Assembly: GCA_046758965.1 (NCBI GenBank)
Contig: JBHIBG010000004.1
Coordinates: forward strand, 1 to 64,000
DNA from: Candidatus Methylomirabilia bacterium
GTDB taxonomy: Bacteria; Methylomirabilota; Methylomirabilia; Rokubacteriales; CSP1-6
Direction: 5' to 3'
Length of the DNA stretch: 64,000 bases
Position numbers and translations under genes: made by a program. The notes under the pieces are model-generated. The model worked only from the letters and a program-made list of their open reading frames with translations, was not told the DNA's origin and ran no database searches. Below, one piece after another: positions 15,827-25,045 of the stretch (position 1 is the first letter of the stretch; every line of letters begins with the position of its first letter).

Positions 15827-17197
15827 GTGCCTACCTGGGCCGAAACGCTAGCCGAGTTCACCGCGGGCCTCCGCTACGAGGCAATCCCCCGGGCGGTTAC
15901 CGAGAACGTCCGGCTCCGATGTCTCGACACCCTCGGAATTGCCTTGGCCTCGACGGCCCAGGACTTCGCGCCCTCCGTGTTGGGGCTGATCGAGAGCTGG
16001 GGCGGGGGCGGGGAGTGCACCGTGGTGGGAACCAAGCTGACTGCCGCTCCGCCGCTCGCGGTTCTGGCCAACGGGAGTCTGGCGCATGGCCTCGACTACG
16101 ACGATACCCACACGCCCTCCATTACTCATGCCTCCGCCGTGGTCGTCCCCACCGCTATGGCCGTCGGGGAATCGCTCGGGCTCGATGGGCCCTCGGTGCT
16201 GACCGCGGCGGTGGGCGGCTATGAAGCCATCACGCGCATCGGCATGGCCGCACCCGGTCGCTTTCACGCCCGGGGCTGGCATGCGACAGCAGTCTGCGGC
16301 ACCTTCGCCGCGACCCTGGTGGCGGGCAAGTGCCTGGGGCTGAGCCGGGGCCAACTCACCGCGTCATTGGGAGTGGCCGGCAGTCTAGCCTCTGGACTGC
16401 TAGAGCATCTGGCGGATGGCTCGTGGGTGAAGCGGCTCCATCCGGGCTGGGCGGGGCATTCGGGAGTCCTGGCCGCGGGACTTGGGCGGGGGGGCTTTAC
16501 CGGTCCCGCCAGCGTGTTGGAGGGGCGCTTCGGCTTTTACCGGAGCTTCCTCGCCGAGCCGGTTGATCTCGCCCCTCACCTTGACACGCTCGGCCGGGAG
16601 TGGGAAACACTGCAGATTGCCTTCAAGCCCTATCCGTGCTGTCACTACAATCACGCCTACATGGACGCAGCGGCCCGGCTCCGGCGAGAGCACCGACTCA
16701 CCCCCGAGCAGATCGTGGAGGTCGAGTGCCTGGCCCCTGCCGGTGAAATCCCCATCATCTGCGAACCCGCCGATCTCAAGCGCCGTCCCCGAAGCCCGTA
16801 CGATGCCCAGTTCAGCCTTCCGTTCTCCGTGGCCGCAGCCCTGATCGACGACGAGGTGTGCGTGGACTCCTACGCCCCCGAGCGTCTTGGGGACCTGCGC
16901 CTTCTCGCCCTGGCCGGGCGTGTCCGCTATGCTGTGGATCCGGCTTCGCCGTTCCCGAAAACGTTCCCGGGATGGGTGAAGATTCGGCTAACGGATGGGC
17001 GCCTCCTGGAGGCCCGCGAGCCCGCCAATCGCGGCAGCCCCGAGAACCCCCTTCCGCCCGAGGCGATCGTGACCAAGTTCAGACGGAACGGGGAGCGAGT
17101 GCTGCCGGCCTCGAGGGTCTCGGCGCTCGAACGCGAAGTTCTCGCCCTCGATCGGTCTCCCAACCTCAAGCGGCTCCTCGGGCTCTGCCGAATCTAG
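15827..17197 (+). CDS. MmgE/PrpD family protein
   Basis: NGSLAHGLDYDDTH, GWHAT, KRLHPG, FKPYPCC, AQFSLPF. Confidence 0.93.
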   Translation: MPTWAETLAEFTAGLRYEAIPRAVTENVRLRCLDTLGIALASTAQDFAPSVLGLIESWGGGGECTVVGTKLTAAPPLAVLANGSLAHGLDYDDTHTPSITHASAVVVPTAMAVGESLGLDGPSVLTAAVGGYEAITRIGMAAPGRFHARGWHATAVCGTFAATLVAGKCLGLSRGQLTASLGVAGSLASGLLEHLADGSWVKRLHPGWAGHSGVLAAGLGRGGFTGPASVLEGRFGFYRSFLAEPVDLAPHLDTLGREWETLQIAFKPYPCCHYNHAYMDAAARLRREHRLTPEQIVEVECLAPAGEIPIICEPADLKRRPRSPYDAQFSLPFSVAAALIDDEVCVDSYAPERLGDLRLLALAGRVRYAVDPASPFPKTFPGWVKIRLTDGRLLEAREPANRGSPENPLPPEAIVTKFRRNGERVLPASRVSALEREVLALDRSPNLKRLLGLCRI

Positions 17198-17250
17198 ATC
17201 TCCGGCCAGGAATCTGTTCGCCCGACGGTGGTTGCTGAGCGCGGGAGGGA

Positions 17251-17943
17251 TCACTTCCCGAGAACCAGTGAGAGACCTCGCCGCACCGAGACCTCCAGCA
17301 TCTCGTGAGCGGTCCGGCGGCGGTCCACTCGCCCGCGGTCGCAGTCCGGTTCCACATCGTCCAGGCGCAGTCCGGGCGCCGGCGGTCGGACCAGAAGGCG
17401 GGTCCCGTCGCTCACCCGCAGGACTTCCGCACCGAATGTCCAGCGGGTCGTGCGCACCCGGAAGGGGCGCCTTCCCCCCCGGCAGTGGAGGACGGGCTGC
17501 CGGGAAAGGTGCACATCCAGGATCAGGACGAAATCGGCATTGAGGGTTCGGGCTTGCTCCAGCGCCAGCTGCCGATCGATCCTCGTGAAGGGGGAGGCAC
17601 GGTCACGGTAGGAGGGTCGGGCCAAGAGGGTCACGTCCACCGGCAGGATTGCTTCGGCGTTGAGGCCCTCGAGGAGTCCGATCTCCACGGCCTGGGGGAT
17701 AGCGCTCCGCTGCCGCGGGGAGAACTCTCCCTCGCCCAGGAGGCTCGTGCGATCCAGGGAGACCTGAATAACAACGGCGGGTCGGCGGATGTCGGCGGGT
17801 CTGAAGTCAGGGTGACGAAAGGCTCCGGGCTCAGGGCTCAGGCAACGCGAAAACGACAGTGCGGCGAGGGTCAGCGCAAGGGCCGGCCGAAGGCTTTGGC
17901 TTGCGCTTGCTGCGCGGCTCTGCGATGATGGATTAAGGATCAC
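17251..17943 (-). CDS. Hypothetical exported/lipoprotein-like protein (start uncertain)
   Basis: Hydrophobic ALALTLAALSFSRC followed by globular-looking sequence. Confidence 0.65.
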   Translation of the reverse strand: MILNPSSQSRAASASQSLRPALALTLAALSFSRCLSPEPGAFRHPDFRPADIRRPAVVIQVSLDRTSLLGEGEFSPRQRSAIPQAVEIGLLEGLNAEAILPVDVTLLARPSYRDRASPFTRIDRQLALEQARTLNADFVLILDVHLSRQPVLHCRGGRRPFRVRTTRWTFGAEVLRVSDGTRLLVRPPAPGLRLDDVEPDCDRGRVDRRRTAHEMLEVSVRRGLSLVLGK

Positions 17944-17953
17944 GGGAGCCTCA

Positions 17954-18382
17954 ATGAGACAGAGACGATTGCAGATTCTGCTTGGCGCCGGAGTCGCCTT
18001 GGCCCTGTTCGGCGCGGAGCCCGTGTGGAGCCAGGAGGAAGCGTTCAAGATCGTCGCCCCGGCTCCACCTGTGAAGCCCCCCGAGATCATCACCCCCGGC
18101 CAGCCCCCGGAGGTGACGCGGCCCCGGGAGGCTGACTTCAGTCCTGACAATGTCCGCACCCGGCACGATCCTGCGTTTGTTACCCCTCTCACGAAAACCG
18201 TCCGGACCGGACCGGATTCCGCGGTACGCGTCGGGGTCGCAGGCTGGACCTCCCCGGCGGGCCCTCGGGAGTTCGAGGTGCCGCGTGAGAACCCGGGCTG
18301 GTTTGCCGTCGGCTTCAGCATCGTCTGGGACGTTCCGCTGGAGCCGCCTGACTCCGAGGGCTCCTCCGAGACGCCACGGTAG
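17954..18382 (+). CDS. Hypothetical secreted Pro-rich protein
   Basis: Signal peptide MRQRRLQILLGAGVALALF; C-terminal GWFAVGFSIVW. Confidence 0.7.
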   Translation: MRQRRLQILLGAGVALALFGAEPVWSQEEAFKIVAPAPPVKPPEIITPGQPPEVTRPREADFSPDNVRTRHDPAFVTPLTKTVRTGPDSAVRVGVAGWTSPAGPREFEVPRENPGWFAVGFSIVWDVPLEPPDSEGSSETPR

Positions 18383-18540
18383 CCGCGGTCGAACTTCCCC
18401 TCGCAGTCCGGAGGGGCGCCTTCGCTGAGTTCTCACCCGCCTCGAGCCTCGTGCCTGGCCTCCTCCCTTCCTCTGCGTCATGCTCGGTATCTGGCCCGAT
18501 ACCAGTCATCCGCTTGCGGGAGCATATAGCTCCACTGGCG

Positions 18541-20217
18541 TCAGCGGTGTGACTGGGAGGCCTGCAGTCGCGAGATGTTCGCCGTGGTGAGGGGGCTTGC
18601 AACGCCTCGCATCATCACGTTGACGCAGGCCATCCTGCCGGCCTTGAACGCTCGCTCCAGGGCGGGACGGAGCTCCGCCGGGTCCTCTACGTGCTCGCCA
18701 TGACCTCCCATGCCCTCGACGACCTTGTCGTAGCGGACCGGACCGAGCTCCACCCCGATGGTCCGGCCATAGAAGGCGCGCTGCAGCTCCCGCTCCATCC
18801 CCCAGCCGGAGTCATTGCCCACGACGACGACCACCGGGACGTTGAAGCGAAGCGCGGTGTGGAGCTCCCAGGCATGGAAGGCCATGCCGCCATCGCCGAT
18901 GAGGATCAGCACGGGGCAGTCCGGCTTGGCCAGCTTCGCCGAGATGCCGAGCGGGATCGCGGCGCCGACAGTCCCCAGGGCTCCGAGGCGCAGCCAGTGC
19001 CCCGGTCTCCGGGCCGGGAGCCCGAGCCGACACCACTGGGCAAAATCCCCGCCGTCAATCACCCAGACCACATCGGCGCTCGCCGCCTCACGCACCTCCT
19101 TGACGATCCTGAGCGGGTGGAGGGGAGCGCTCTGTGAGCTCTCATCGCCCTGCCGCCTCTGGATCGCGCTCTTCCGGGCTTGGCGGAGCCGTTCCACCCA
19201 CGGTTTCTCTCTCCACCCCTTCCTCGCTTCAGCTCCGGCTACCAGCTGCTCCAGCGCCGCGCGGGCGTCGGCCTGGATCGGCAGCTGGGTCGTCCGGTTT
19301 CGGCCTAGCTCGGCGGCATGGATGTCCACCTGGATGAGCGTGGCCGAAGGCGCGAAGAGGGTGCCGTAGCCTAACCGAAAGTCAATCCGCTTGCCGAGCA
19401 GGAGGATCGTGTCGGCCTCCCTGATCTCTCGAGCCACAGGGTTCAGGATCGCGTCCGCATAGCCGAAGCAAAGCGGGTGCTCGTCGGGGAGGCAGCCTCG
19501 CCCCATGCCGATGGTGAAGCAGGGGAGGGCGGTGACCTCGAGCAGGCGCTGAAGGGCTTCCCAGCCGCGGGCCCACCAGATGCCGCTCCCGGCGATGACC
19601 GCGGGGCGCTCGGCGCGCTGGAGGCGGTCAAGGGCAGCCTCCACCGCGGCGGCCGGGGCTGCCGCGGGCTCCCGGCGCCAGGGTTCGGGGAGCACGAGGC
19701 CCGATTCGTCCACAGTCGCTTCCAGCACGTCGCCAGGGATGGTGAGGTGGGCCGGCCCGGGCCGGCCGCTGACCGCCTCCCGGTAGGCGTTGGCTGTGTA
19801 GTGGGCCAGGCGTCCGGGATCGATCGCCACACGAGCCCACTTGGTGATCGGGCGGACCAGCTCCACCTGGTCGATCTCCTGGAGCGCGCCCTTCTCCCGG
19901 AGGGCCGAGTCGTGCATGCCGCTGATGGCGATGATGGGCGAGCACGCCATCCAGGCCGTGGCGATGCCGGTCATGGAATTGGTGTGGCCGGGTCCGCCCG
20001 TCACCACGGAGACGCCGGGTTGGCCCGTCGTGCGCGCCCAGCCGTCAGCCATATGGGTAGCGGCGGATTCCTGGCGGACGTCCACGACGGCAATACCCTC
20101 GTCCAGGCAGGCGTCGAAAATGGCGTTGACGTGGTCGCCGCAGAGCCCGAAGATCCGGTCCACGCCGTGCCGCTTGAGACCCCGTACTAGCACACGCGCT
20201 CCGGTGATCCTGCCCAC
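18541..20217 (-). CDS. Thiamine-pyrophosphate-dependent enzyme (acetolactate synthase / 2-hydroxyacyl-CoA lyase-like)
   Basis: VRQESAATHMADGWAR, TGGPG, GDGG...VVGNDSGW TPP motif. Confidence 0.92.
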   Translation of the reverse strand: MGRITGARVLVRGLKRHGVDRIFGLCGDHVNAIFDACLDEGIAVVDVRQESAATHMADGWARTTGQPGVSVVTGGPGHTNSMTGIATAWMACSPIIAISGMHDSALREKGALQEIDQVELVRPITKWARVAIDPGRLAHYTANAYREAVSGRPGPAHLTIPGDVLEATVDESGLVLPEPWRREPAAAPAAAVEAALDRLQRAERPAVIAGSGIWWARGWEALQRLLEVTALPCFTIGMGRGCLPDEHPLCFGYADAILNPVAREIREADTILLLGKRIDFRLGYGTLFAPSATLIQVDIHAAELGRNRTTQLPIQADARAALEQLVAGAEARKGWREKPWVERLRQARKSAIQRRQGDESSQSAPLHPLRIVKEVREAASADVVWVIDGGDFAQWCRLGLPARRPGHWLRLGALGTVGAAIPLGISAKLAKPDCPVLILIGDGGMAFHAWELHTALRFNVPVVVVVGNDSGWGMERELQRAFYGRTIGVELGPVRYDKVVEGMGGHGEHVEDPAELRPALERAFKAGRMACVNVMMRGVASPLTTANISRLQASQSHR

Positions 20218-20259
20218 GAGAGAGTCCTCCTTTGAGAGGGAGGGTTGAGGAGCAGGGCC

Positions 20260-20288
20260 AGTATAGGGAGCTGGCGCCGGGAGGTCAA
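20260..20288 (-). promoter_or_regulatory. sigma70 promoter of the TPP enzyme gene
   Basis: TTGACC-17 nt-TATACT on the minus strand. Confidence 0.7.
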
Positions 20289-20309
20289 ATCGAGCCGGGC
20301 AGGGCTACC

Positions 20310-20930
20310 TTACGCACGGGAGTCCTGAGCTCCAATGGACCGGAGGAGGAGGGCGGTCAGGGCCGGGAGTGCCTTGGTGGTGAGATCAGGCTGCCCGGTG
20401 TGAAGCCACTGGATCACCACCTCGTTCACCGCTCCGAGCCAGGCCAGGGTCGCCACCTCGGTGTCCAACGGCGGGATGGAGCCCTCGGCCGCCGCCTCAT
20501 CGAGAGAGGTCTTGATCAGCGTGGTGAAGCGTGAGTGGACTTCCGCGCGCTTGGCCTCGTAGGTCCGGCCCATGCTCACGGCTTCCAGAAGGAGCAGCCG
20601 CGAGAGCTGCCGGTGTCGGGCGAAGGTCTGGAGACCGCCGCGAAGCGCGCCCTCCACCTTGCTCAGGGCTCCGCGCTCGCGCGCGATGGCCTCTCCGACC
20701 GCCTTCGCCAGGTGGGAGGCGAACTCGTCAACCAGAGCGATGAAGAGCGCCTCCTTGGTCGGGAAGTGATGATAGACCGCCCCCTTGGAGGTCCCTGAGG
20801 CTCGAACAATGTCATCGACGATCGCTCTGTGATACCCTTTGTGCGCGAAGACCTCCAGCGCAGCGTGAAGGATTTTCTGGCGGGTGGCTGCCTTGGCCTC
20901 GTCACGAGTCATCCGTCTGCTGGAAGTCAT
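20310..20930 (-). CDS. TetR/AcrR family regulator
   Basis: ILHAALEVFAHKGYH...DDIVRASGTSKGAVYHHFPTKEALF; start 20930 or 20912. Confidence 0.93.
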   Translation of the reverse strand: MTSSRRMTRDEAKAATRQKILHAALEVFAHKGYHRAIVDDIVRASGTSKGAVYHHFPTKEALFIALVDEFASHLAKAVGEAIARERGALSKVEGALRGGLQTFARHRQLSRLLLLEAVSMGRTYEAKRAEVHSRFTTLIKTSLDEAAAEGSIPPLDTEVATLAWLGAVNEVVIQWLHTGQPDLTTKALPALTALLLRSIGAQDSRA

Positions 20931-20942
20931 GGAGCGCTCAGA
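20918..20942. repeat. Left arm of imperfect inverted repeat flanking mqnD
   Basis: Minus strand TCTGAGCGCTCCATGACTTCCAGCA vs plus strand 21765-21788 TCTGAACG-TCATAGACTTTCAGAA, 18/25 matches. Confidence 0.55.
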
Positions 20943-21769
20943 TGTCAACGATCCGCATCGGCCATAGCCCAGACCCCGACGACGCCTTCATGTTCTACGC
21001 GCTGACTGCCGGCAAGGTGGCTGTTCCCGGGCATCACGTCCTACACGTTCTGGAGGACATCGAGTCACTTAACCGGAGCGCACGAGCCGGGCAGCTCGAG
21101 GTGACGGCGGTCTCGGCGGCTACGTACGCCCTGGTCTCTGATCGCTACCGCGTCATGGACCCGGGCGCCTCCATGGGGAAGGGGTACGGCCCTATCGTGG
21201 TCGCCAAGGCACCGATGGACCCCGCCGAGATTCCCGACCGAGTTGTCGCCATTCCAGGGCCACATACGACCGCGGCGCTTCTCCTCCGGCTCTACTGCGG
21301 GGATCCGGCCGTCATCGTGGTGGCCTTCGATAAGATCCCGAAGGCGGTCCTCGAAGAGCAGGCTGATCTCGGCCTCCTGATCCACGAAGGGCAGATCACG
21401 TATCAGGCCCTGGGATTTCACAAGGTGCTGGACCTGGGCGAGCGCTGGGAGCGGGAGACTGACCTTCCCCTGCCGCTGGGCATCAATGTGGTCAGGCGGG
21501 ACCTCGGCGAGGAGACTGGGCAGGCTCTCTCGGAGGCTCTGCGACGCTCGATTGCCTATGCCCACGCGCACCCGGACGAGGCGCTGGAGTACGCGATCCA
21601 GTTCGGTCGTGGCATCGACAAGGAGAGCTGTCGGCGCTTCGTGCTGATGTATGTCAACGACTACACGGTAACGCTCGGAGCAGAGGGGCGCCGGGCCCTG
21701 GAGCACCTGTTTCGGACAGCTCACGCCAAGGGGTTGATCCCCGAGATCCCCCCCTTGGATCCGGTCTGA
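20942..21769 (+). CDS. mqnD: 1,4-dihydroxy-6-naphthoate synthase (futalosine pathway)
   Basis: IGHSPDPDDAFMFYAL, DIESLN, GASMGKGYGP, LIHEGQITY, LPLPLG, MYVN. Confidence 0.92.
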   Translation: MSTIRIGHSPDPDDAFMFYALTAGKVAVPGHHVLHVLEDIESLNRSARAGQLEVTAVSAATYALVSDRYRVMDPGASMGKGYGPIVVAKAPMDPAEIPDRVVAIPGPHTTAALLLRLYCGDPAVIVVAFDKIPKAVLEEQADLGLLIHEGQITYQALGFHKVLDLGERWERETDLPLPLGINVVRRDLGEETGQALSEALRRSIAYAHAHPDEALEYAIQFGRGIDKESCRRFVLMYVNDYTVTLGAEGRRALEHLFRTAHAKGLIPEIPPLDPV

Positions 21770-22845
21770 ACGTCATAGACTTTCAGAATTTCGTAGAGCG
21801 TGGTGCGTTGGGCGGGGGTGAAGCCGGCCTCGCGGATCAGGGCGATGACCTCTTCCACCGTGGTCGTGTTCACGAAGTCTGCGGCGCGATGGACGTTCTC
21901 CTCGAACAGGGTGCCGCCGAAGTCGTCGGCCCCGAAGTGGAGCGCCACCTGGCCAGTGCGCTTCTCCTCCGAGAACCACGAGGCCTGAATGTGAGGGATG
22001 TTGTCGAGGTACAGGCGCGAGAGCGCGAGCATCCGGAGGTAGGTGTTGGGGCCGGCCGCGTGCTTGATCCACTTCTCCAGGAGCGTGTTCCCCGGCTTGA
22101 AGGACCAGGGGATGAAAGCCGTGAACCCGCCGGTCTCGTCCTGGAGGTCCCGGACGGCATCCAGGTGGTCCAGGATATCCTCGGGAGCCTCGACGTGGCC
22201 GTACATCATGGTGGCCGTGCTCTTGAAGCCGAGACGGTGAGCCTCCCGGTGGACCTCGAGCCACGCCCCGGGGCCGCCTTTCTTGGGCTCGATCCGCCTC
22301 CGCACACGCTCTGACAGGACCTCGGCCCCGCCACCTGGCAACGAGAACTGGCCGGCCTCCTTGAGCTCCATGAGGACCTCGCGCACGCTGAGCCCCGAGA
22401 TAAGGGCCGTGGTCTGGATCTCGGAGGCTGTGAAGAAGTGGGGGGTTACCTCCGGGAAGCGCTGCCGTGTCTCCCGGACCAGGGTGCAGTAGTAGTCCAG
22501 CGGGAGCCCGGGATTGTGGCCGCCCTGCAGGAGCACGGTGGTGGCTCCCCTGGAGGCTGCAAACTCGATCTTCTTCAGGACCTCCTCTACCGTGAACGTA
22601 TAGGCCTCAGGGTCTCCAGGCTTACGGTAGAAGGCGCAGAATTGGCAGTCGGTGACGCAGACGTTGGTGTAGTTGGGGTTGGAGTCGATGACGAACGTGA
22701 CGCGCTTGCCAGGCTGGAGCTGAAACCTGACGGACTGCGCCAGCATTCCCAGGTCGAGCAGCGGGGCGGTGGTGAGGAGCCAGTGCCCCTCGGCGCGGGT
22801 GAGCCGCTTCCGGGCCTCCAGCTTCTCCCGGACCTCCGTCAGCAC
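21721..22845 (-). CDS. mqnC: Cyclic dehypoxanthine futalosine synthase (radical SAM)
   Basis: NYTNVCVTDCQFCAF, LLQGG, PGGGAE, TATMMYGH, FTAFIPWSF, FGADDFG..FEENV. Confidence 0.9.
   Translation of the reverse strand: MLTEVREKLEARKRLTRAEGHWLLTTAPLLDLGMLAQSVRFQLQPGKRVTFVIDSNPNYTNVCVTDCQFCAFYRKPGDPEAYTFTVEEVLKKIEFAASRGATTVLLQGGHNPGLPLDYYCTLVRETRQRFPEVTPHFFTASEIQTTALISGLSVREVLMELKEAGQFSLPGGGAEVLSERVRRRIEPKKGGPGAWLEVHREAHRLGFKSTATMMYGHVEAPEDILDHLDAVRDLQDETGGFTAFIPWSFKPGNTLLEKWIKHAAGPNTYLRMLALSRLYLDNIPHIQASWFSEEKRTGQVALHFGADDFGGTLFEENVHRAADFVNTTTVEEVIALIREAGFTPAQRTTLYEILKVYDVQTGSKGGISGINPLA
21765..21788. repeat. Right arm of imperfect inverted repeat flanking mqnD
   Basis: Pairs with 20918-20942; core TCTGA contains the mqnD stop codon. 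Confidence 0.55.
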
Positions 22846-22863
22846 TCCTCGCCCCCCTGACGA

Positions 22864-23967
22864 CTAATTCCAGACCTTTACCACGTTGTACAGGGCATCC
22901 CGCTCCACGGGCGTCTTCCCCGCGTCTCGGATCATCCGAAAAATCTGCTCCCGCGCCAGCCCCGCCGGGCTCTGCGCCTTCGCCATGTGGGCGATCCGCT
23001 CGTCCCCGAGCGTCCCGTTGACATCGGAGGCGCCGAAGTTGAGCGCCACCGAGGCCGTCGCCTCCCCGATGGTGACCCAGTACGCCTCGACGTGAGGGAA
23101 GTTGTCCAAGAGCAGGCGGGCGGCCGCAATGGTTCTGAGGTCGTCGGTCGGGGGGGTCTGCCGGGGAACCAGCCTGGAGTCCCCGACCTGATAGGCCAGG
23201 GGGATAAAGGTGATAAACCCCCCGGATTCCTCCTGCTGCCGGCGGAGCCGCAGCAGATGGTCCACCCGTTCCTCCAGGGTCTCGATCTGCCCGTAGAGCA
23301 TGGTGGCGTTCGTCTTGATCTCGAGGGAGTGTGCGATGCCGTGGATCTCACACCATCGCTCGGCGTCTGCTTTGCCGGTGTAGTTGAGGAGCTTCTGGAG
23401 CCGCCGAGAGAAGATCTCAGCTCCGCCGCCCGGCATCGAGGTGAGTCCAGCGGTCCGAAGCCGCCTCAGGGCCTCGCGCGGTTCGATCTTCCAGCGCCGC
23501 CAGAAGTAGTCGATCTCGGCTGCCGTGAACGCCTTGATCTGAATCTCCGGGTAGGTGGCGTGGATCGCGCCGATCAGCCGCTCGAAATATTCAAACGGCC
23601 AATCCGGGTGGTGCCCCCCCACGATATGGACTTCTCGGATCCCCTCGCCGATCATTCCGAGGATCTCCTCGATGGTGTGTTCGAAGGCTCCCGACTCCCC
23701 TTTTTTTCGTGCGAAGTCGCAGAACTTGCAGGAGAGGACGCACACGTTCGTCGGCGTGATGTGGCGGTTGAGGACGAAGAAGACCCAGCTGCTGTATCGG
23801 CCGGTCTTGATGAAGTCCGCCATTCGGCCGAGTCCCAGGAGGTCGTCGGTCTCGAACAGGAGCAGGCCGTCGTCACGGCTGAGGCGCTCGCCGGCCTGAA
23901 CCTTCTCCCAGATTGGGCTCAGCCGAGCGTCCCGAAACAGGGGAGTGGTGGAGACGGCAGAGCGCAC
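22864..23967 (-). CDS. mqnE: Aminodeoxyfutalosine synthase (radical SAM)
   Basis: PTNVCVLSCKFCDF, EVHIVGG, IKAFTAAEI, PGGGAEIF, NATMLYG, ERIAHMA; GTG after AAGGAGGGG. Confidence 0.9.
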   Translation of the reverse strand: MRSAVSTTPLFRDARLSPIWEKVQAGERLSRDDGLLLFETDDLLGLGRMADFIKTGRYSSWVFFVLNRHITPTNVCVLSCKFCDFARKKGESGAFEHTIEEILGMIGEGIREVHIVGGHHPDWPFEYFERLIGAIHATYPEIQIKAFTAAEIDYFWRRWKIEPREALRRLRTAGLTSMPGGGAEIFSRRLQKLLNYTGKADAERWCEIHGIAHSLEIKTNATMLYGQIETLEERVDHLLRLRRQQEESGGFITFIPLAYQVGDSRLVPRQTPPTDDLRTIAAARLLLDNFPHVEAYWVTIGEATASVALNFGASDVNGTLGDERIAHMAKAQSPAGLAREQIFRMIRDAGKTPVERDALYNVVKVWN

Positions 23968-23993
23968 GGCACCCCTCCTTGGGAAATATTTTC

Positions 23994-24009
23994 GACCGAC
24001 TGGTCGGTC
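23994..24009. promoter_or_regulatory. Palindromic operator, probable TetR site
   Basis: GACCGAC-TG-GTCGGTC perfect inverted repeat overlapping the predicted +1 of the mqnE promoter. Confidence 0.75.
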
Positions 24010-24012
24010 TGC

Positions 24013-24042
24013 ATAGTAGGATAGCCTCACCGGCGCTGTCAA
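24013..24042 (-). promoter_or_regulatory. sigma70 promoter of mqnE-mqnC
   Basis: TTGACA-18 nt-TACTAT on the minus strand. Confidence 0.7.
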
Positions 24043-24137
24043 GTCTTCAGGTGGGCGCACGCCGGATCGGGGTTAAATTAAGGCTAGGATAGTCGGAACG
24101 CTGCCACGGTTGGAGAGTTCATGGCGGAGGGAGATCG

Positions 24138-24596
24138 ATGGCTGACCAGATCAAAGATGGCCGGAGGTACTTCGAAGAGGTAGAGGTGGGAGAGGAGTAC
24201 CTCTCGCCGGCGCGCACAGTCACCGAGGCCGACATCGTCATTTTCGCCGGCCTCTCGGGGGATTACAACGTCCTCCACACCGATGCCGAGTTCATGAAAT
24301 CCTCTATCTTCGGGGAACGGATTGCCCACGGACTTCTGGGGTTGGCCATCCAGTCGGGTCTCCTGACCCGGGCCATGCGCCCCTTCGCCACCCTGGCTTT
24401 TGTCGGGTTGCGCTGGAAGTTCAAGGGCCCAATCAAAATCGGCGATACCATCAAAGTCAAGGCTAAAGTCGTCGCGAAGAAGGAGACCGAAAAGCCTGAC
24501 CGTGGAACCATCACCCTGGAGCGCCAGGTGATCAACCAGCGCGGAGAAGTCGTGCAGGAGGGCGAGACTGACCTGATGGTGGCTCGGCGAACCTAG
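24138..24596 (+). CDS. MaoC-family dehydratase
   Basis: RTVTEADI.FAGLSGDYNVLHTD, FGERIAHG, PIKIGDTI. Confidence 0.92.
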   Translation: MADQIKDGRRYFEEVEVGEEYLSPARTVTEADIVIFAGLSGDYNVLHTDAEFMKSSIFGERIAHGLLGLAIQSGLLTRAMRPFATLAFVGLRWKFKGPIKIGDTIKVKAKVVAKKETEKPDRGTITLERQVINQRGEVVQEGETDLMVARRT

Positions 24597-25045
24597 TGAT
24601 CGAGGAGAAGCTCTACTTCGAGGAGCTGGAGATCGGGCGGGTGGTTGAAAGCCCTGGTCGGACGCTGACCGAGGCTGATGTGATCTCCTACGTCAGTCTC
24701 ACGGGGGAGTGGGAGGAGCGGACCACTGACGAGGAGTACGCGCGCCTGGGAGGTGCCGGCGGGCGGCAGGTTCCTGATCTGCTCGCACTCTGCGCATCCT
24801 CGGGGCTGGGCTGGCGCATTCCCCAACCACCCGTCGCCATTCTGGCCTTCATGGGGTTTGAATGGCAGTTCCTCCACCCCCTGAGAATCGGCGACACGGT
24901 CCGGAGCCGGTCCTGGACGGCGGCCAAGCGCGGCGTGAGAGACGGGGGAGTGGTTATCGAGCAGCGGGAAATCCTGAACCAGCGCGGCGAGATCGTCCAA
25001 TCCGGCCGTCTCACGCTCCTGGTCGCGCGCCGCCCCGAACCATGA
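24596..25045 (+). CDS. MaoC-like hot-dog fold protein with degenerate active site
   Basis: GRTLTEADV, PLRIGDTV, NQRGE; catalytic D..H motif replaced by GEWEERTTD. Confidence 0.85.
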   Translation: MIEEKLYFEELEIGRVVESPGRTLTEADVISYVSLTGEWEERTTDEEYARLGGAGGRQVPDLLALCASSGLGWRIPQPPVAILAFMGFEWQFLHPLRIGDTVRSRSWTAAKRGVRDGGVVIEQREILNQRGEIVQSGRLTLLVARRPEP

